Below are positions 24,200 through 38,200 of a stretch of 64,000 bases of DNA, piece by piece. Origin of the DNA: the human T2T-CHM13v2.0 reference genome, Homo sapiens; the NCBI RefSeq assembly GCF_009914755.1, contig NC_060929.1. One strand, given 5' to 3'. Each line of letters begins with the position of its first letter. Position 1 is the stretch's first letter. The notes under the pieces were generated by a model. The model did no database searches, was not told the origin of the DNA, and saw only the letters and a list, made by a program, of their open reading frames with translations. The translations under genes and the position numbers were made by a program.

Positions 24200-25500
24200 A
24201 GGTAATACGAAGAACCAGGAAAAGACAGACACAAGTCAACATGTCCATTTATTTTAAAATGTAGCTACATCACAGCAAGATAAAAAAAAAAAGTGATCCA
24301 GATCAACAATAACAACAGTAAAAAAAAAAAAAATGAAAAAAGAAAAAGTGAGGCTCAAAAATTTTTGGAATCTGAGATTACACACACACATGCATACCCA
24401 CAAACACACACACAATCAAAACAGCTGTAAAGCAGAGGAAACAATAATAAAACAACTAAATTTTAAAATTCAGTGATTGTTCATGTAAAGGCAAATATTA
24501 AAAATATCTTGAAGAATAAATTTAAAAACTCATGATAGTTCTAGACTAAAGAAAAGGAAAATGCAAAGTGGAAGCTCATCAGTATCAGAAAGAAGTTGGA
24601 AAAAGGAAAAATGTGTATCTAAAATCAAGATTGGCTGGTTGTAGTAGCTCACGCCGATACCGCCAGCACTTTGGGAGGCTGAGACAGCTGGATTGCTTGA
24701 GCTCAGGAGTTCAAGACTAGCCTGGGCAACATGAAAAAACCTCATCTTCAAAAAAAAAAAAAAAAAAATTAGCCAGGTTGGTGGCATGTATCTGTAGCCC
24801 CAGCTACTCTGGAGACTTAGGTGAGAGGTTCACCTAAGCTTGGGGATGTCAAGGCTGCAGTGAGCTGTGATCACACCACTGCACTCCACTCCAGCATGAG
24901 TGGCAGAGTGAGACCTTATCTCAAAAGAAAAATCAAACAAACAAAAAAATCAACCTTAAGATTAAATTACAATTGTTGAGAAGGACATGTATAACTGGAA
25001 ATGTAGTATTAAAAATATTGAATATGAGTAAAAAAGCTGAGGAAATAAGAAAGAATTAAGTATGTTATCAAAAGAATCTGAAAAGAATAGGTGTGGAAAA
25101 TACGTAAAGAGGCTCCAATAGAGGTATAATTGGAGCAATTAGCTCCCCCAGTATTAAACCTTTGCTTTTGAGGAAAAACGAAACAGTGAAGCAAAATTAA
25201 TTTTAAAACAGTAACAGTTACACATATACACACACACACTCTTTCTTGAAATAAAACTTAAATTTACACGTTGAGAGAGGCTCATAATACACCTGAAAAT
25301 TTTGACCCAGAAACATTAATTGTAAAACATATTGCAATAGAAACTTAAACCTTAACCTGCAATTATAAAGACCAAGTTACTAGCAAATAAAAAAATCAAG
25401 TTGCTCTCAGATTCTTGACAGAATACATACAAACAGAAATGAATGAAAAATAAATAAAAGACTATTTCTAAAAAAATTCACCCAATGTAATATTATGCTA
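24200..25500 (+). mobile_element. Very old L1/HAL1 ORF1-like fragments flanking an AluJ
   Basis: A-rich ORF1-like stretches (ttgagagaggctcataatacacctg; aaatcaagttgctctcagattc). Subfamily uncertain. Confidence 0.4.
24633..24949 (+). mobile_element. AluJ
   Basis: Full dimer with J-type gattgcttgagctcaggagttc / gtcaaggctgcagtgagctgtgatc, an expanded middle A tract and an A tail. Confidence 0.93.
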
Positions 25501-25792
25501 GTGTAAAAACTGAGATATAATTTTTAAATGATATTCAGAATACATATGTAGTTTAAAAATAAAGTTACAGAGTGGCATGGTTATTATGTTGCATTTTATA
25601 CAACAAAAGAGGTTAAAATAAACATACTTTAGCCTATCTTTGCCAAAAACAAAAAACAAAACAAAAAAAAACAGCTAATCAAACAAAAAACTGTGGAAAT
25701 AAAAACCCAATACAAATAGAAATAGTCACCTCTAGCTGGAGTTGGGTAGGTAGGGATAATATAAAATATCTGTAAGTATACCTTTGAATGCA

Positions 25793-26087
25793 TTGTTTTG
25801 TTTTTGAGACAAGGTTTTGCTCTATTACCCAGGCTGGAGCATAGTGGCACCATCACAGCTCACTGCTGGCTTGACCTCCTGGGCTCAAGTAATCTTCCCA
25901 CCTCAATCTCCCAAGTAGTTGGGACTATAGGCACACACTACCACACCTGACTAAATTTTTTTTTGTTTTTAGAAATGGGGTTTTGCCATGTTGCCCAGGC
26001 TGGTCTCAAACCCCTGAGCTCAAATGATCCACCCATCTTGGCCTCCCAAAGTGCTGGGATTACAGACGTGAGCCAATACTCCAAGCC
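25793..26087 (-). mobile_element. AluJ
   Basis: Reverse dimer with J-type cacagctcactgc..ttgacctcctgggctcaag and gttgcccaggctggtctcaaac. Confidence 0.93.
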
Positions 26088-26099
26088 TCAATATATTTT

Positions 26100-26735
26100 T
26101 GACCTTTGTCAATGTTTTACATATTAACAGTTAAAATATATTTCAAGAAGAAACATTAATCATTAAATGTAATGAAAGCAAATTACCCTAATTTCATATT
26201 AGATGGCTAACATAACCACACAGATAAGAAATATCTCAAGTTATTTTTAACACATAATTCTGGTAATATATCTTCAATGAGATATATTTCAAGACTCAAA
26301 GGAACTGCAAATGAATCTTAAACTTCACTCAGTAGACTATTTTTCAGTGATGATAATGGTATTATAATTTTGGCACTATTCTCTGAAGACTGTGAGAGAG
26401 ACAAATAAGCAAATACATTAATAATATTATGAACCAAGATTTGCAATACAAGAGAAAATAGATAAAAGTAAAAAATAAAAAGGCTCACAGCAATACCCTC
26501 TAATGCTACATTTTGTTTGGAAATATAATTTTATAATTTATTATAAAAATATATCTTCCCAAGCACATTTGACTAAAGCAGACTAGGCGTTATGACTCCT
26601 GTAGCAATAAGCACATCTAGTGCTGACTGTAATACTGTTCAGCCAATATTCCTTTGACGAAGGCTAATTTTAACCACAACAGGGAAAGTTAAATATGTTC
26701 AAAGACAAATGAGAACCATGTCAAAGAGACACAAG
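26100..26735 (+). mobile_element. L1MC4/L1ME-type 3' region, left part (host of the L1MA insertion)
   Basis: gtagcaataagcacatctagtgc..catgtcaaagagacac; continues at ~32000. Confidence 0.55.
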
Positions 26736-26737
26736 AC

Positions 26738-29700
26738 AGGAAGCAGAGAAACAAGGACAAAGAGAACCTTCCAGCAATCGTCCACCAAATAGAAACAAAA
26801 AAGCACCTTCATAAGAACAACAACAACAAAAAATCAGATGAGCTATCACAGTATCTGATTTTAACATGATAACAAGGAAAGACACATTGAAGACTGTAGG
26901 AAGAACAATCTTGTATTACCTACTTCACCCCTACCCCAACTGCAGGCAGCCCAATGTACTGACTCTTTCTGCTTTGGGGAAAACGAGGGAAGAGAGCAAA
27001 GGACTTGATCTGTGGACCCAGGGAATTATCCTTTATCTTAACCCAGATCCACCAAGGATGTGCAGCTAGGCATCTGCAAGGATCTTAGCATACTTGAGCT
27101 TAGTGCACCGCCTAGTGCTGAAACAGCTGCAGTGACCGCAAGCTTAGGTACCAATATTTAAGCCCATTTGAATTCTCAGAAAGTCCTCTCAAGAAGTATG
27201 AGTACAAACAAGGCCAGACAGTGAAAACTGAATTAAATACCTAACTCTTCAATGCCCAGGCATAGATACACATCCACAAGTATCAAGAACATCCAGAAAA
27301 ACAGAATCCACCAAGCCGACTAAATAAGGCACCAGTGCCCAATGCTGGAGTGATGGAGATGTGTGACATCTCAGACAGGGAATTCAAAATGGCAGTTTTG
27401 AGAAAGCACAACAAACCGCAAGATAGTACAGAGAAGAAATTCAGAATTTTATCAGTGTAATTTAACACAGAGATTAAAATAATAATAATAATAATAGTTA
27501 TAAACAGAAATGCTGGAGCTAAAAAATTCAATTGACAAACTGAAAAAAAATTATCAGGGTGTCTCAATAGCAAGATTCCTATCACAAAAGAAAGAATTAG
27601 TAAGTTCAAAGACAGGTTATTTGAAAAGACACAGCCAGAGGGAGAAAAGGAAATAGTATAAAAAAGAAAGTAGTATGCCTATAAGAGCTAGAAAACAACA
27701 TTAAAAAAGTAAAACTAATAGTTACTGGCCTTAAAGCAGACATAGAAAAAGAGATTGAGGTTAAAAGTTTATTCAAATAAATAGTAACATAGAACTTTCT
27801 AAACCTAGAAAAAGATATGAATATTTAGGTACAAGAAGGTCAAAGAACGTCAAGTAGATTCAACCAAAATAAGACTATTTCAAGTCATATAATAATAAAA
27901 CTTTCAAAAATCAAGGACAAAGAAAGGATGCTAAAAGCAGCAGGAGAAAGAAAGCAAATAAAAGATAAAGGAACTTTGATATGGCTGGCATCAGACTTCT
28001 CAGGGGAAACCGTACAAGCCAGGAGTGAGCAGAAGGACATAGTCAATGTGCGGGGAAAAGAAAAGAAAAAAAAAACTTTCTGCCTAGAACACTGCATCCA
28101 GCAGTGTTATACTTCAAACAAGAAGAAAAAAACAAAAACTTTCTCAGACAAACAAAAACTATTCATTAATACCCAGATCTGTCTCATAAGAAATGCTAAA
28201 GGAAGTTCTTCAATCTGAAGGATAAAGGCACTAATGTGCAACAAGAAATCATCTGAATCAATGGAATACTCCAATACTATAATGGTGGTGTGTAGATCAC
28301 TCATATTTTTAGCCTGAACACTAAAAGATAAGCCTGTCAAAAAAGCATAACTACAACAGTTTGTTAAGAGAAAGGCAATACAAAATTATAAATAGGGACA
28401 ACAAAAAGTCAAAATATAAGGAACTGGAGTTAAAGTGCAGAGTATTTTTTTTAACATCTCTTCACTTGTTTGGCTTTTTTTTATAATCAGAGTTAAGCGG
28501 TCATCAGTTAAAATATTTGGTTATAAAATGTTTTTCTTGCAAGCCTTATGTTAACTAAAAAGCAAAAGCCTATAATAGATAAACAAAATATAAAAAACAA
28601 GAAATCAAAACATGTTACAAGCTAAAATTACTGATACACAAAGGAAGACAGGGAGAAAGGAAATGGAGAGTACTAACAAAACAACCAGAAAACAAATAAC
28701 ACAATTGTAGTAAGTCCTTACCTATTAACAATAACATTAAGTGTAAATGAACTAAATTCTCCAATCAAAAGACATAGGGTGGCCAAATAAATTTTTTAAA
28801 AAAGAAACTATATGCTGCTTGCAAGAAATGAAGAGATGAAAAAGATATTCTATGCAATGAAATAAAAAACAAACTATGTTTATATCAGATAAAATAGATT
28901 TCTATTTATAAACAAAATATATAAAAAGAGAAAAATAACATCACTATATAATGCTAAAGGGGTCAATTCAGCAAGAGGATGTAACAATTGTAAATACATA
29001 TGCACCTTTGGGTGATGGAGCACCCAAATATGTAAACAAAATTTTATTAGAGCTGAAGACAAAGATAGAATCCAATACAATAATAGTTGGAGGCTTCAAC
29101 ATCCCACTTTCAGCATTGGGCAGATCATCTAGACAGAAAATTTTAAAAAATGGACTTAATCTGCTCTATAGACCAAATGGATCTAATAGATATTTACAAA
29201 ATATTTCATCCAACGGCTGCAAAAATTACACATTATTTGTCTTAGAATATGGAACATTCTGAAGAAGAGACCATATGTTAGGACAAAAAACAAACTTAAA
29301 AAATTCTATAAAATGAAATTATATCAAGGGTATGTCTGCCAAAAATGAAGTAAAATTAGACATCAACAAGATGAAATTTGGACATTATATAAATACATGG
29401 AAATTAGATAACATGCCATTGAAATGATGCTTGGGTCAATTAAAAACATTAAGAAGAAAATTTAAAAAAATTATTGAAACAAATGAAAATAGAAACACAA
29501 CATGCCAAAACCTATGGAATACAGAAAATGTCTTACTAAGAGGGACATTTATAACAATAAATATCCACATCAAAAAAGGGATGATGCAGATTAAACAACA
29601 TAGAAAAGCAAGAGCAAACCAAACCCAAAATTAGCAGACAAAAAGAGATAATAAAGAGCAGATAAGAAACAAATAAAATTGAGACTAAAAATTATAAAAG

Positions 29701-31970
29701 ATGAATAAAATTAAAAGTTTTTTTGAAAAAATAAAGGAAATCAACAAATCTTTAGCTAGACTAACAAAAGAGAAGACGCAAATTAATAAAATAAAAAGAA
29801 GACATTACTACTGATACACAGAAATCCAAAAGATCATTAAATATTATAATGAGAAACAATATACCAATACATTGGAAAATGTAGAAGAAATGGATAAATT
29901 CCTAGATACATCCATTCTACCAAAACTCAACCATGAAGAAATAGAAAACTTGACTAGAACAAAAACAAGTACTGAGATAGAAGGAGTAATACAAAGCCTC
30001 CTATCAAATAAAAGTCCAAGACTTGATAACTTCACTGCTGAATTCTACCAAACATTTTAAGAAAGACTAATATCAATCCTATGCAAGCTATTCCAAAAAT
30101 TTAAAGAGGAGGGACTACTTCCAAATTTATTCTATAATTCCAACTTTTCCTTGATACTAAACCAGACAGAGACATTTAAAAAAAAAGCTACAGGCCAATA
30201 CCTCTGATGAAAATAGGTGCAAAAATTCTCAACCAAATACTAGCAAACTGAATTCAATAACAAATTAAAAATATCATCATAATCAAGTAGGATTTATTCA
30301 AGGGATACAATGATGGTTCAACATATGCAATTCAATAAATGTGATACATCACGTCAACAGAATGAAAAATAAAAGCCATACGATCATTTTAATAGACATT
30401 GAAAAAGCATTCCATAAAATTTAACATTCTTTCATAATAAAAGCTCTCAATGAACTGGGTATAGAAGGAACATATCTCAGCATAATAAAGACCATTTATG
30501 GCAAACCCAGAGCTAATATCATACTGAACAGGGAAAAACTGAAAGCCTTTCCTCTAAGAGCTAGAACACAAAATGATGCCCACTTTCACTGCCTTTATTC
30601 AACATGGTACTGTAAGTCCAAGCCAGAGCAATGGGACAAGAGAAAGAAACAAAGGTCATCCAAATTAAAAAGGAAGAAGCCAAATTATCCTTGTTGGCAG
30701 ACATCTAAATATCTTATATTTAGAAAAACCTGAAGACTGTAAAAAAAAAAACCTGTTTGAACTGATAAACAAATTCAGTAAAGTTACAGGATACAAAATC
30801 AACATATAAAAATCAGTAATATTTTTATATGCCAATAGCAAATAATCTGAAAAAGAAACCAAGAAAGCAAACCTATTTTCAATAGCTCAAACATTAAAAT
30901 TCTTAGGAATAAACTTAACAAAAAATATAAATTATCTCTATAATTAAACCTATAAAAATGTATGAAAGAAATTAAAGAGGACACAAAGAAATGGAAATGT
31001 ATCTTATGTCCAGGAAAGGGAAGAATCAATATTGTTAAAATGTCCATATGACCAAAAGCAATCTACAGATTCAATGACATCCCTATCAAAATGCCAATGA
31101 CAATCCCCCCAGAAATAGAAAAAATCTATATGGAACCACAAAGGACCCAGAATAATCCAAGCCATTTGGAGCAAAAAGAACAAAGTTGGAGACATCACAT
31201 TACCTAATTTCAAATTTTACTACAAAGCTATAATAACCAAAACAGCATGGTACTGGCATGAAAACAGACATGTGGACCAATAGAAGAGAATAGAGAACCT
31301 AGAAATAAATCCATGCATTTACAGTCAACTCATTTTTGAAAAAAGCATCATGAGCATGCATGGGGAAAAGGGCAGCCTCTTCAGCAAATGGTGCTGGGAA
31401 AAATAAATATCCATGTGCATATGAATGACTCTAGACCCCTACCTTTCACCATACAGAAAGATCAAATCAAAATGAATTAAAGGTTTAAGTGTAAGACCTC
31501 AAGCTCTGAAACTACTAAAAGGGAACATTGGGGAAAGGTTTCAGGACACTGGTTTGTGTAAAGATTTCTTGAGTAAGATTTAAAAAGAATAAACAATAAA
31601 GGCAAAAAAATGGATAAATGGGATCATATCAAGTGGAAAATTTTCTGCATAGCAAAGAAAATGTTCCACAACATGAAGAGGTAACTTACAGAATAGGAGA
31701 AAATATTTGTGAACTATTCAACTCACAAAGGATTAATAACCAGAATATATAAGGAACTCAAACAATGAATGGTAAAACAAAAACAAATAATCCAACTGAA
31801 GAATGCACAATTTATCTGAAAATACATTTCTCAAAACAAGACATATAGATGGCCAACAGTTACATGAAAGACTGCTCACCATCACTAATCATCAGAGAGG
31901 TGCAAATCCAAACTACAAGGAGATATCATCTCACCCCAGTTAAAATGTCTTTCATCAAAAAGACAAAAAT
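26738..31970 (+). mobile_element. L1MA-type LINE-1 with 5' end, ORF1 and most of ORF2 (dead); lacks the ORF2 terminus and 3' UTR
   Basis: L1M-type 5' UTR (caccttcataagaac..aaatcagatgagc). ORF1 remnant (LKAAGERKQI..IWLASDFSGETVQARSE), endonuclease remnant (LKGSIQQEDVTIVNTYAP..TIIVGGFNIPLSAL) and Z/RT remnants (ENVEEMDKFLDT..FTAEFYQTF). Many stops. Confidence 0.93.
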
Positions 31971-31989
31971 TAGCACACACTTCCTGGCT

Positions 31990-33095
31990 TCTTCCTTTTT
32001 AACTTGCTAAATTGGGGAATCATTGGTGTCAACCAAAAATGATAAATGTAATTGATTGTAGCATGTCAAACTAATAAAATGTGTTACTTTATTATATATG
32101 GAGTGGCAAAAACAAATAAATTCACTGTCCATCACTGCAGGTGACTATGACATCAACTCCATACTGTGAGGAATATATTTTAAATGGAAGGTGTTAATTC
32201 CTTCCTCAAAAAATTTAGATGGAAGTATAGATAACCCCCATTTATGAGTTAAAGGTATTCTTACATCATAACGTCAATTTATAAATATAGAAGCAATAAT
32301 AGAATTAAAAATAAGTTTGCAATCTCCCAGTAAAATTCTTTATGCAGGCAGTATCATCAGTGGATGCTAAATCCATCAGATGCAAGTTTGTTGCCACTGT
32401 AACCAAGTGATTAAATTTAGCATCATAATGACAGGGCCATATGACATGAGGTCTTCCTGACACACTGAAATCTCACACATGTAATATCACACAGGAAGTG
32501 CTCTTGCTAAAATGACCATGAATGTAGACCTAACCTTGAGTTCAAAGAAAATATAAGAGCTACAGAAACAAGTTAGACTGCATGAGAAAATAATGTGACA
32601 CGTCCAGAATGTTGGCACTAAAAAGTAATCATAAGCCTTGATCTCTTAAAAAAGTTTATTATCATGAAGAAAAATTAAGAATTTGAAGAGGAAGGGCTAT
32701 TCTGTATTTAAAATAACAAAAAAAAAATCACAGCAATGCAATGCAAAGACATGAAGCTGATAAAATCAGTTCTACAACTCATTTGGAAAAAATAGAAAAC
32801 TGAGCAAATGTTGTGGGTTAAACTAATATTAAAGAATTGTTCATTTTATCTAGTGTGATAATAGAATGTTGGATCTATCTGGGTATGTGAGGTTTAACAA
32901 GACATTTATCCATCTCTCTATATTTCTCTAGCATCTACCCACAGACATAAACAGAGATAGATATAGAGAATGAGATTAAAAAATTTCAAAAAGGTAAATG
33001 TAAAAAATAGACAAAATGCTAATTTTGTAATTGATGTAATTGTATTATTCTTCTGCCTTTTCTGTAGTTTTGAAATTTTTATAATAAAAGTAAAA
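31990..33095 (+). mobile_element. L1MC4/L1ME-type 3' region, right part
   Basis: gcaataatagaattaaaaa..catcagtggatgctaa..gaagtgctcttgctaaaa..tttgaaatttttataataaaa terminal motif. Confidence 0.6.
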
Positions 33096-33649
33096 GTTAT
33101 AGATTAAACTATTTTTATTTCAGAATTGAATTTTGGTTTTAAAGATAATTTTAAAAGATTGGGCACTATCTAAATCTTTTTTTTGAACTTTAAGATTATT
33201 CAAATAGGAAATATAATTATATTAAAAGTCATCATTCGCATTTCCCAAGTTAAAATAACAGAAACCATAATTTTTAATGATGTGGTTACATTACAAAATT
33301 ATTTCATATGCCAATTAATATATTTCTGTAAATAACATGAAGCCATTTTAGAATTCAATAATAGAATAATTCTCACTGCATTAAACTCTGTAGAAAAGGA
33401 TGGGTCCACCGTCCTCCAACATTTGTCCTTCCTATCTTTGAGTTTGGGGCCCTCTTTGGCTCAGCTATTGGTTCACTGAAGTAAATTTTCCCTCTTTGTT
33501 CAACCCAGACACAATTCCTTCTAAAGAGGTTAGCTCCAAGTGTTTATTAAAATACATTGGATTTCTGCAATAAAAATACCTCTGTGTGTATGTGCATGGT
33601 GTGTGTGTGTGCATGTGCGTAATACTTCTGACATTTGAATGAATTTATT

Positions 33650-34800
33650 TTCAAACTCATGGCAGTGAATGACACCGGGAGCTGGCAAGTCAGCCTACCC
33701 ACAGTACAGAGGCCTGTGTTTCTGTTTTCCCTTTCCTTGGGGTCTCTAGTTATGGTCATGTAGTCAGAAACATTTACATTTTGTAGGTGAAGGCAACTGA
33801 GATTCAGTGGAATAATGGAAGTGACATTAATAACATTAAATGTCATAACTCTTGACAACCTGATGCAAATGAACCTCTTACTAAGCAAGCAAGGAAAAAA
33901 AATTCCTGAATACATCTTTTCTTTAAAGTGCATTCAGTATTCAAAAAATCTTCAACCAAGATGGAAGCCAGGAATCCAATTTTGGTGACCTCAGCTACAT
34001 TCCTCCAGGCACAAATTAGTCATCTTTTTTCACTGTAATCATCTCAGTGTATGAGAGATAGGGCAGTTGTGATATTTAGAGCTATGCAAATGCTTCTTTT
34101 ATTTATGTCTTTCCCTTTAGATTTTGCTCCCACTTTTCCTTCATCTTTTATTTTTTTCTTCAATGCTAATGTGATTGACAGGCAGAGGGGACAGGCTAAA
34201 CACTGCCAGGCCTCCACCCTCTTTTCTTTTTCCTCTGAAATATAACAAAGGTGCTTTCAGACCTAAGTGGAGCAAGTCCTAGCATTCCTTCCCTGTTGTC
34301 ACAGCAGATTGAGCGGATCCTTCTGATGTGGTTTCCAGCCTTCTCATCTCCCTTGCCTTGTCAGGCGGTTGCCATCATTTAGAAAGGTACACAGTATTTT
34401 GAAAGGATTAGAGGATAAAACACAACTCAATCCTTTATAAAAGAGAGGCAGAGAGGGAGAGAGGGAGAGAAATGTCAGATGTTATGGAGCAATTGGACAG
34501 GAGTGACGCATACAAAGAAAACCAGCAAATTCATAGAACTGTTTCTGTGAAGCACAAGTAGGCAAGGGCAGCGTGTGAATATTTACTGCCACAGAGGAGT
34601 TTCCAAAGGGAAAGGCCTGTAAGTGAGTTATGACAATGTTTAGAGGAGATGAAATAAAGCAGGATCAGGAAATCAGTGGACACTTGCATTGTGCCTGTCG
34701 GGCTTTTTCCTTAACACAGAAGGAAAATAAGTGAAATCCATAATTTTCACCATTGTTGCAATGAAAGAAAGTAAAAGTCAAATAGTCCCTGTGAAAGCAA
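33650..34800. promoter_or_regulatory. Candidate developmental enhancer
   Basis: ATGCAAAT at 33863 and 34084, ATGCTAAT at 34163, PBX-MEIS decamer TGATTGACAG at 34172-34181, in non-repetitive DNA. Confidence 0.3.
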
Positions 34801-34884
34801 AGCTGAATGAGCTCAGGCGTGAGCCATGAATGGACAGAACTGCACTCCCCCATAGAGGTCACAGGTAACAGGGGGATCTGTGTA

Positions 34885-34965
34885 GCTCCGCTCCTTTATT
34901 TTAGAGGTGAGGAATCCGAAGCCCTGAGAGGTTTGGTGACTTGCCTGTTGTCACAGGTATTGCTA
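34885..34965 (-). mobile_element. MIR core
   Basis: ttttagaggtgaggaatccgaagccctgagaggtttggtgacttgcc. Confidence 0.6.
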
Positions 34966-35759
34966 TTACTGTAGAATACCAAATGTAGATTAGGCCTGCA
35001 TGCCATTGCCTCTAGGTCACGTGCCTCCTTTTCTGAATGTCTCTGCTGCTGGAGACTCTGGGCCCTTCAGAAAAGAGCAAGCCCTCTGTTTTGCTCACTC
35101 TCTTTTTCTTGCTTTCATTCTTGCTTTCACTGTAACACTATTAAAAAGGAATGCTTTCTTTTTTTTCAGAATAATAATACATAAAGTAAGCCATGCATAC
35201 AATTTCTACAAGTAGTACGATAAAAAACATGCATAAACGTAGACACAGATTTTGTAAGCAGTGAGTCACTGGGACCGTATACAATTTTTTTCTCTCCAAG
35301 CAGTGTTTACTTGGTTAAGACTATTTGCATTTTTAGCATTTACTAAAGGGTCAGGAAGAAAAGACAAAAAGAGAAAATCCAAAATTAAGTTTGAGGAAAT
35401 ATCAACAGCAAAGGGCTTATTATAGGTGCTAATAAGGGTGGTGTTTACTCCAAACCAAATGAGAGCCAACATGGGTCAAGTTACTCAAGGAATCTAAAGA
35501 ATTTCAAATTGATCTAAACTAATGCATTTAGCATGAAAACCACATTGGCCAAGGTTCTAGCACATTTTTGGATTAATAGAGATTCTATTCAATTTGCCTA
35601 TTTTAGACTTATAAGCTAGGTGTGTGCATATCTTATTTTAGTGCAGACGCCACATGAGAAGAGAGAGGCCAGGGCAAAATGAGATTACTGCAGTTGACAA
35701 AGCTACTTCTAGGTGCTGGTTTGGAGTTGGTGATGTCAGTATAATCCCATGTTTAGGTT

Positions 35760-35761
<2 letters not shown>

Positions 35762-35798
<37 letters not shown>

Positions 35799-35799
35799 A
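35762..35799. repeat. (CA)n microsatellite
   Basis: About 14 uninterrupted CA units followed by aacacaca. Confidence 0.95.
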
Positions 35800-36530
35800 G
35801 ATGCAGAAACAATTACAGATGTGTGTATATCTGGGGTAGCATGCACCAAGATGCATAGATGCACTATTGTCCCAGTAGTAATAAACACACCCAGCACCCA
35901 GATCTTGTTTTCTAAGTACCATTCTCCAATAAAAGAAATCAAGAAACTTTGAAAAAAAATGCCGATTCAAGAGCAGAGTCGAGAGAAATACAAAATGAGC
36001 TTGCAGTACGTAAGCGCTCAAAAAAGGGTGACTCAGACTTCAGTCTCAGGGAAATCTAATACGTTTTCCACAGGCCAAATTAGAAGAGGCAAAATAAACT
36101 GGGATCATATTGTGTAATAACAGCAAGAATAAATTAAATACCCAGAACTCTCTACTGACATGTATAAATGAGTAAAATTATAAATAAATGGAGAAAAAGA
36201 GAGAAATATTTCTTACAGAAAAATTCCTGTCAATAAATGTAGAAGAAATGAAGAAACTAAAAATGCACCAGGGAGTAATTGCTGCAGAGAACATTCACTG
36301 ATGAAATCACTGGAAGAATTTTAAGGAGAAAAGGATATTTGCATGTGCTTACATGATCTCTTCCAATATACTTGTTAATCAAAGTGGTGGTTTTGGCACA
36401 TGCCCACAAATTCTTTGATACATTTTCTATGTTGTGGAGCATAATTCCTCTTCCCTGAGTGGGAACTAAACTAAGTGACTGGCTTCTAACTCATGAAGTA
36501 AGGGAAGTGATAAATGGTAACTTGTCAGCT
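35800..36530 (+). mobile_element. L1MC3/4-type 3' region fragment
   Basis: cacacccagcacccagatcttgttttctaagtaccattctccaataaaagaa and gcccacaaattctttgata motifs. Confidence 0.65.
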
Positions 36531-36684
36531 TGTATTTTAGATATTCTGTTTAAATTCCCTCTATGCAAGATTCTTTTTCTCTAACGACATTTAAAATCCT
36601 CCTATATTTTACTTTGTCAGTTTGAAAGTGAGCCATTTATTCTCTTAATTCTCTTATCATTCCTTCATGTTTTCACCACACACT

Positions 36685-37810
<1,126 letters not shown>

Positions 37811-37829
37811 GGTAGTGTGATTAGAATTT

Positions 37830-38065
37830 TACTACTATTGTTAGTGTTACTAGTAACAGTAGCAGTAAAATCTAATAGTACTCCTAGAACTACTAGTACT
37901 ACTTATACAACTATTGCTGCCGCTGTCACTATTATTACTAGGGTTACCACCACCACCACTACCACCACCACTCCCACTACCATGACCACCACCACCACCA
38001 CTCCCACCACCATGACCACTACCACCACCACCACTACCACCACCGCCAGCAGCACACCTAGCACC
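37830..38065. repeat. Degenerate trinucleotide tract: (CTA/TTA/GTA)n grading into (ACC/ACT)n
   Basis: Directly visible; contains a duplicated accaccactcccac..accatgacc block. Confidence 0.9.
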
Positions 38066-38092
38066 AGCAAAGTGCTTCCATCTGGGTGGGTG

Positions 38093-38200
38093 GAGTCTAC
38101 TTCATGGTCATGCATCCCATGCAGCTGCACAGGGCCCCATACTCAGAAGTGTCCCACACTTGGTTTAATGCTACGTTGTCCCTATCTTAAAATTCTTTTT
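38093..38200 (+). mobile_element. MER45-like hAT-Tip100 fragment
   Basis: cttcatgg..tgcagctgcacagggccccatactcagaag..cttggtttaatgct..tcttaaaattctt matches the recalled MER45A 5' half. Confidence 0.6.

Noticed and set aside
27250-31970. L1 ORF1/ORF2 as functional CDS
   Set aside because: Fragmented by many stops and frameshifts; the 3' end is missing.
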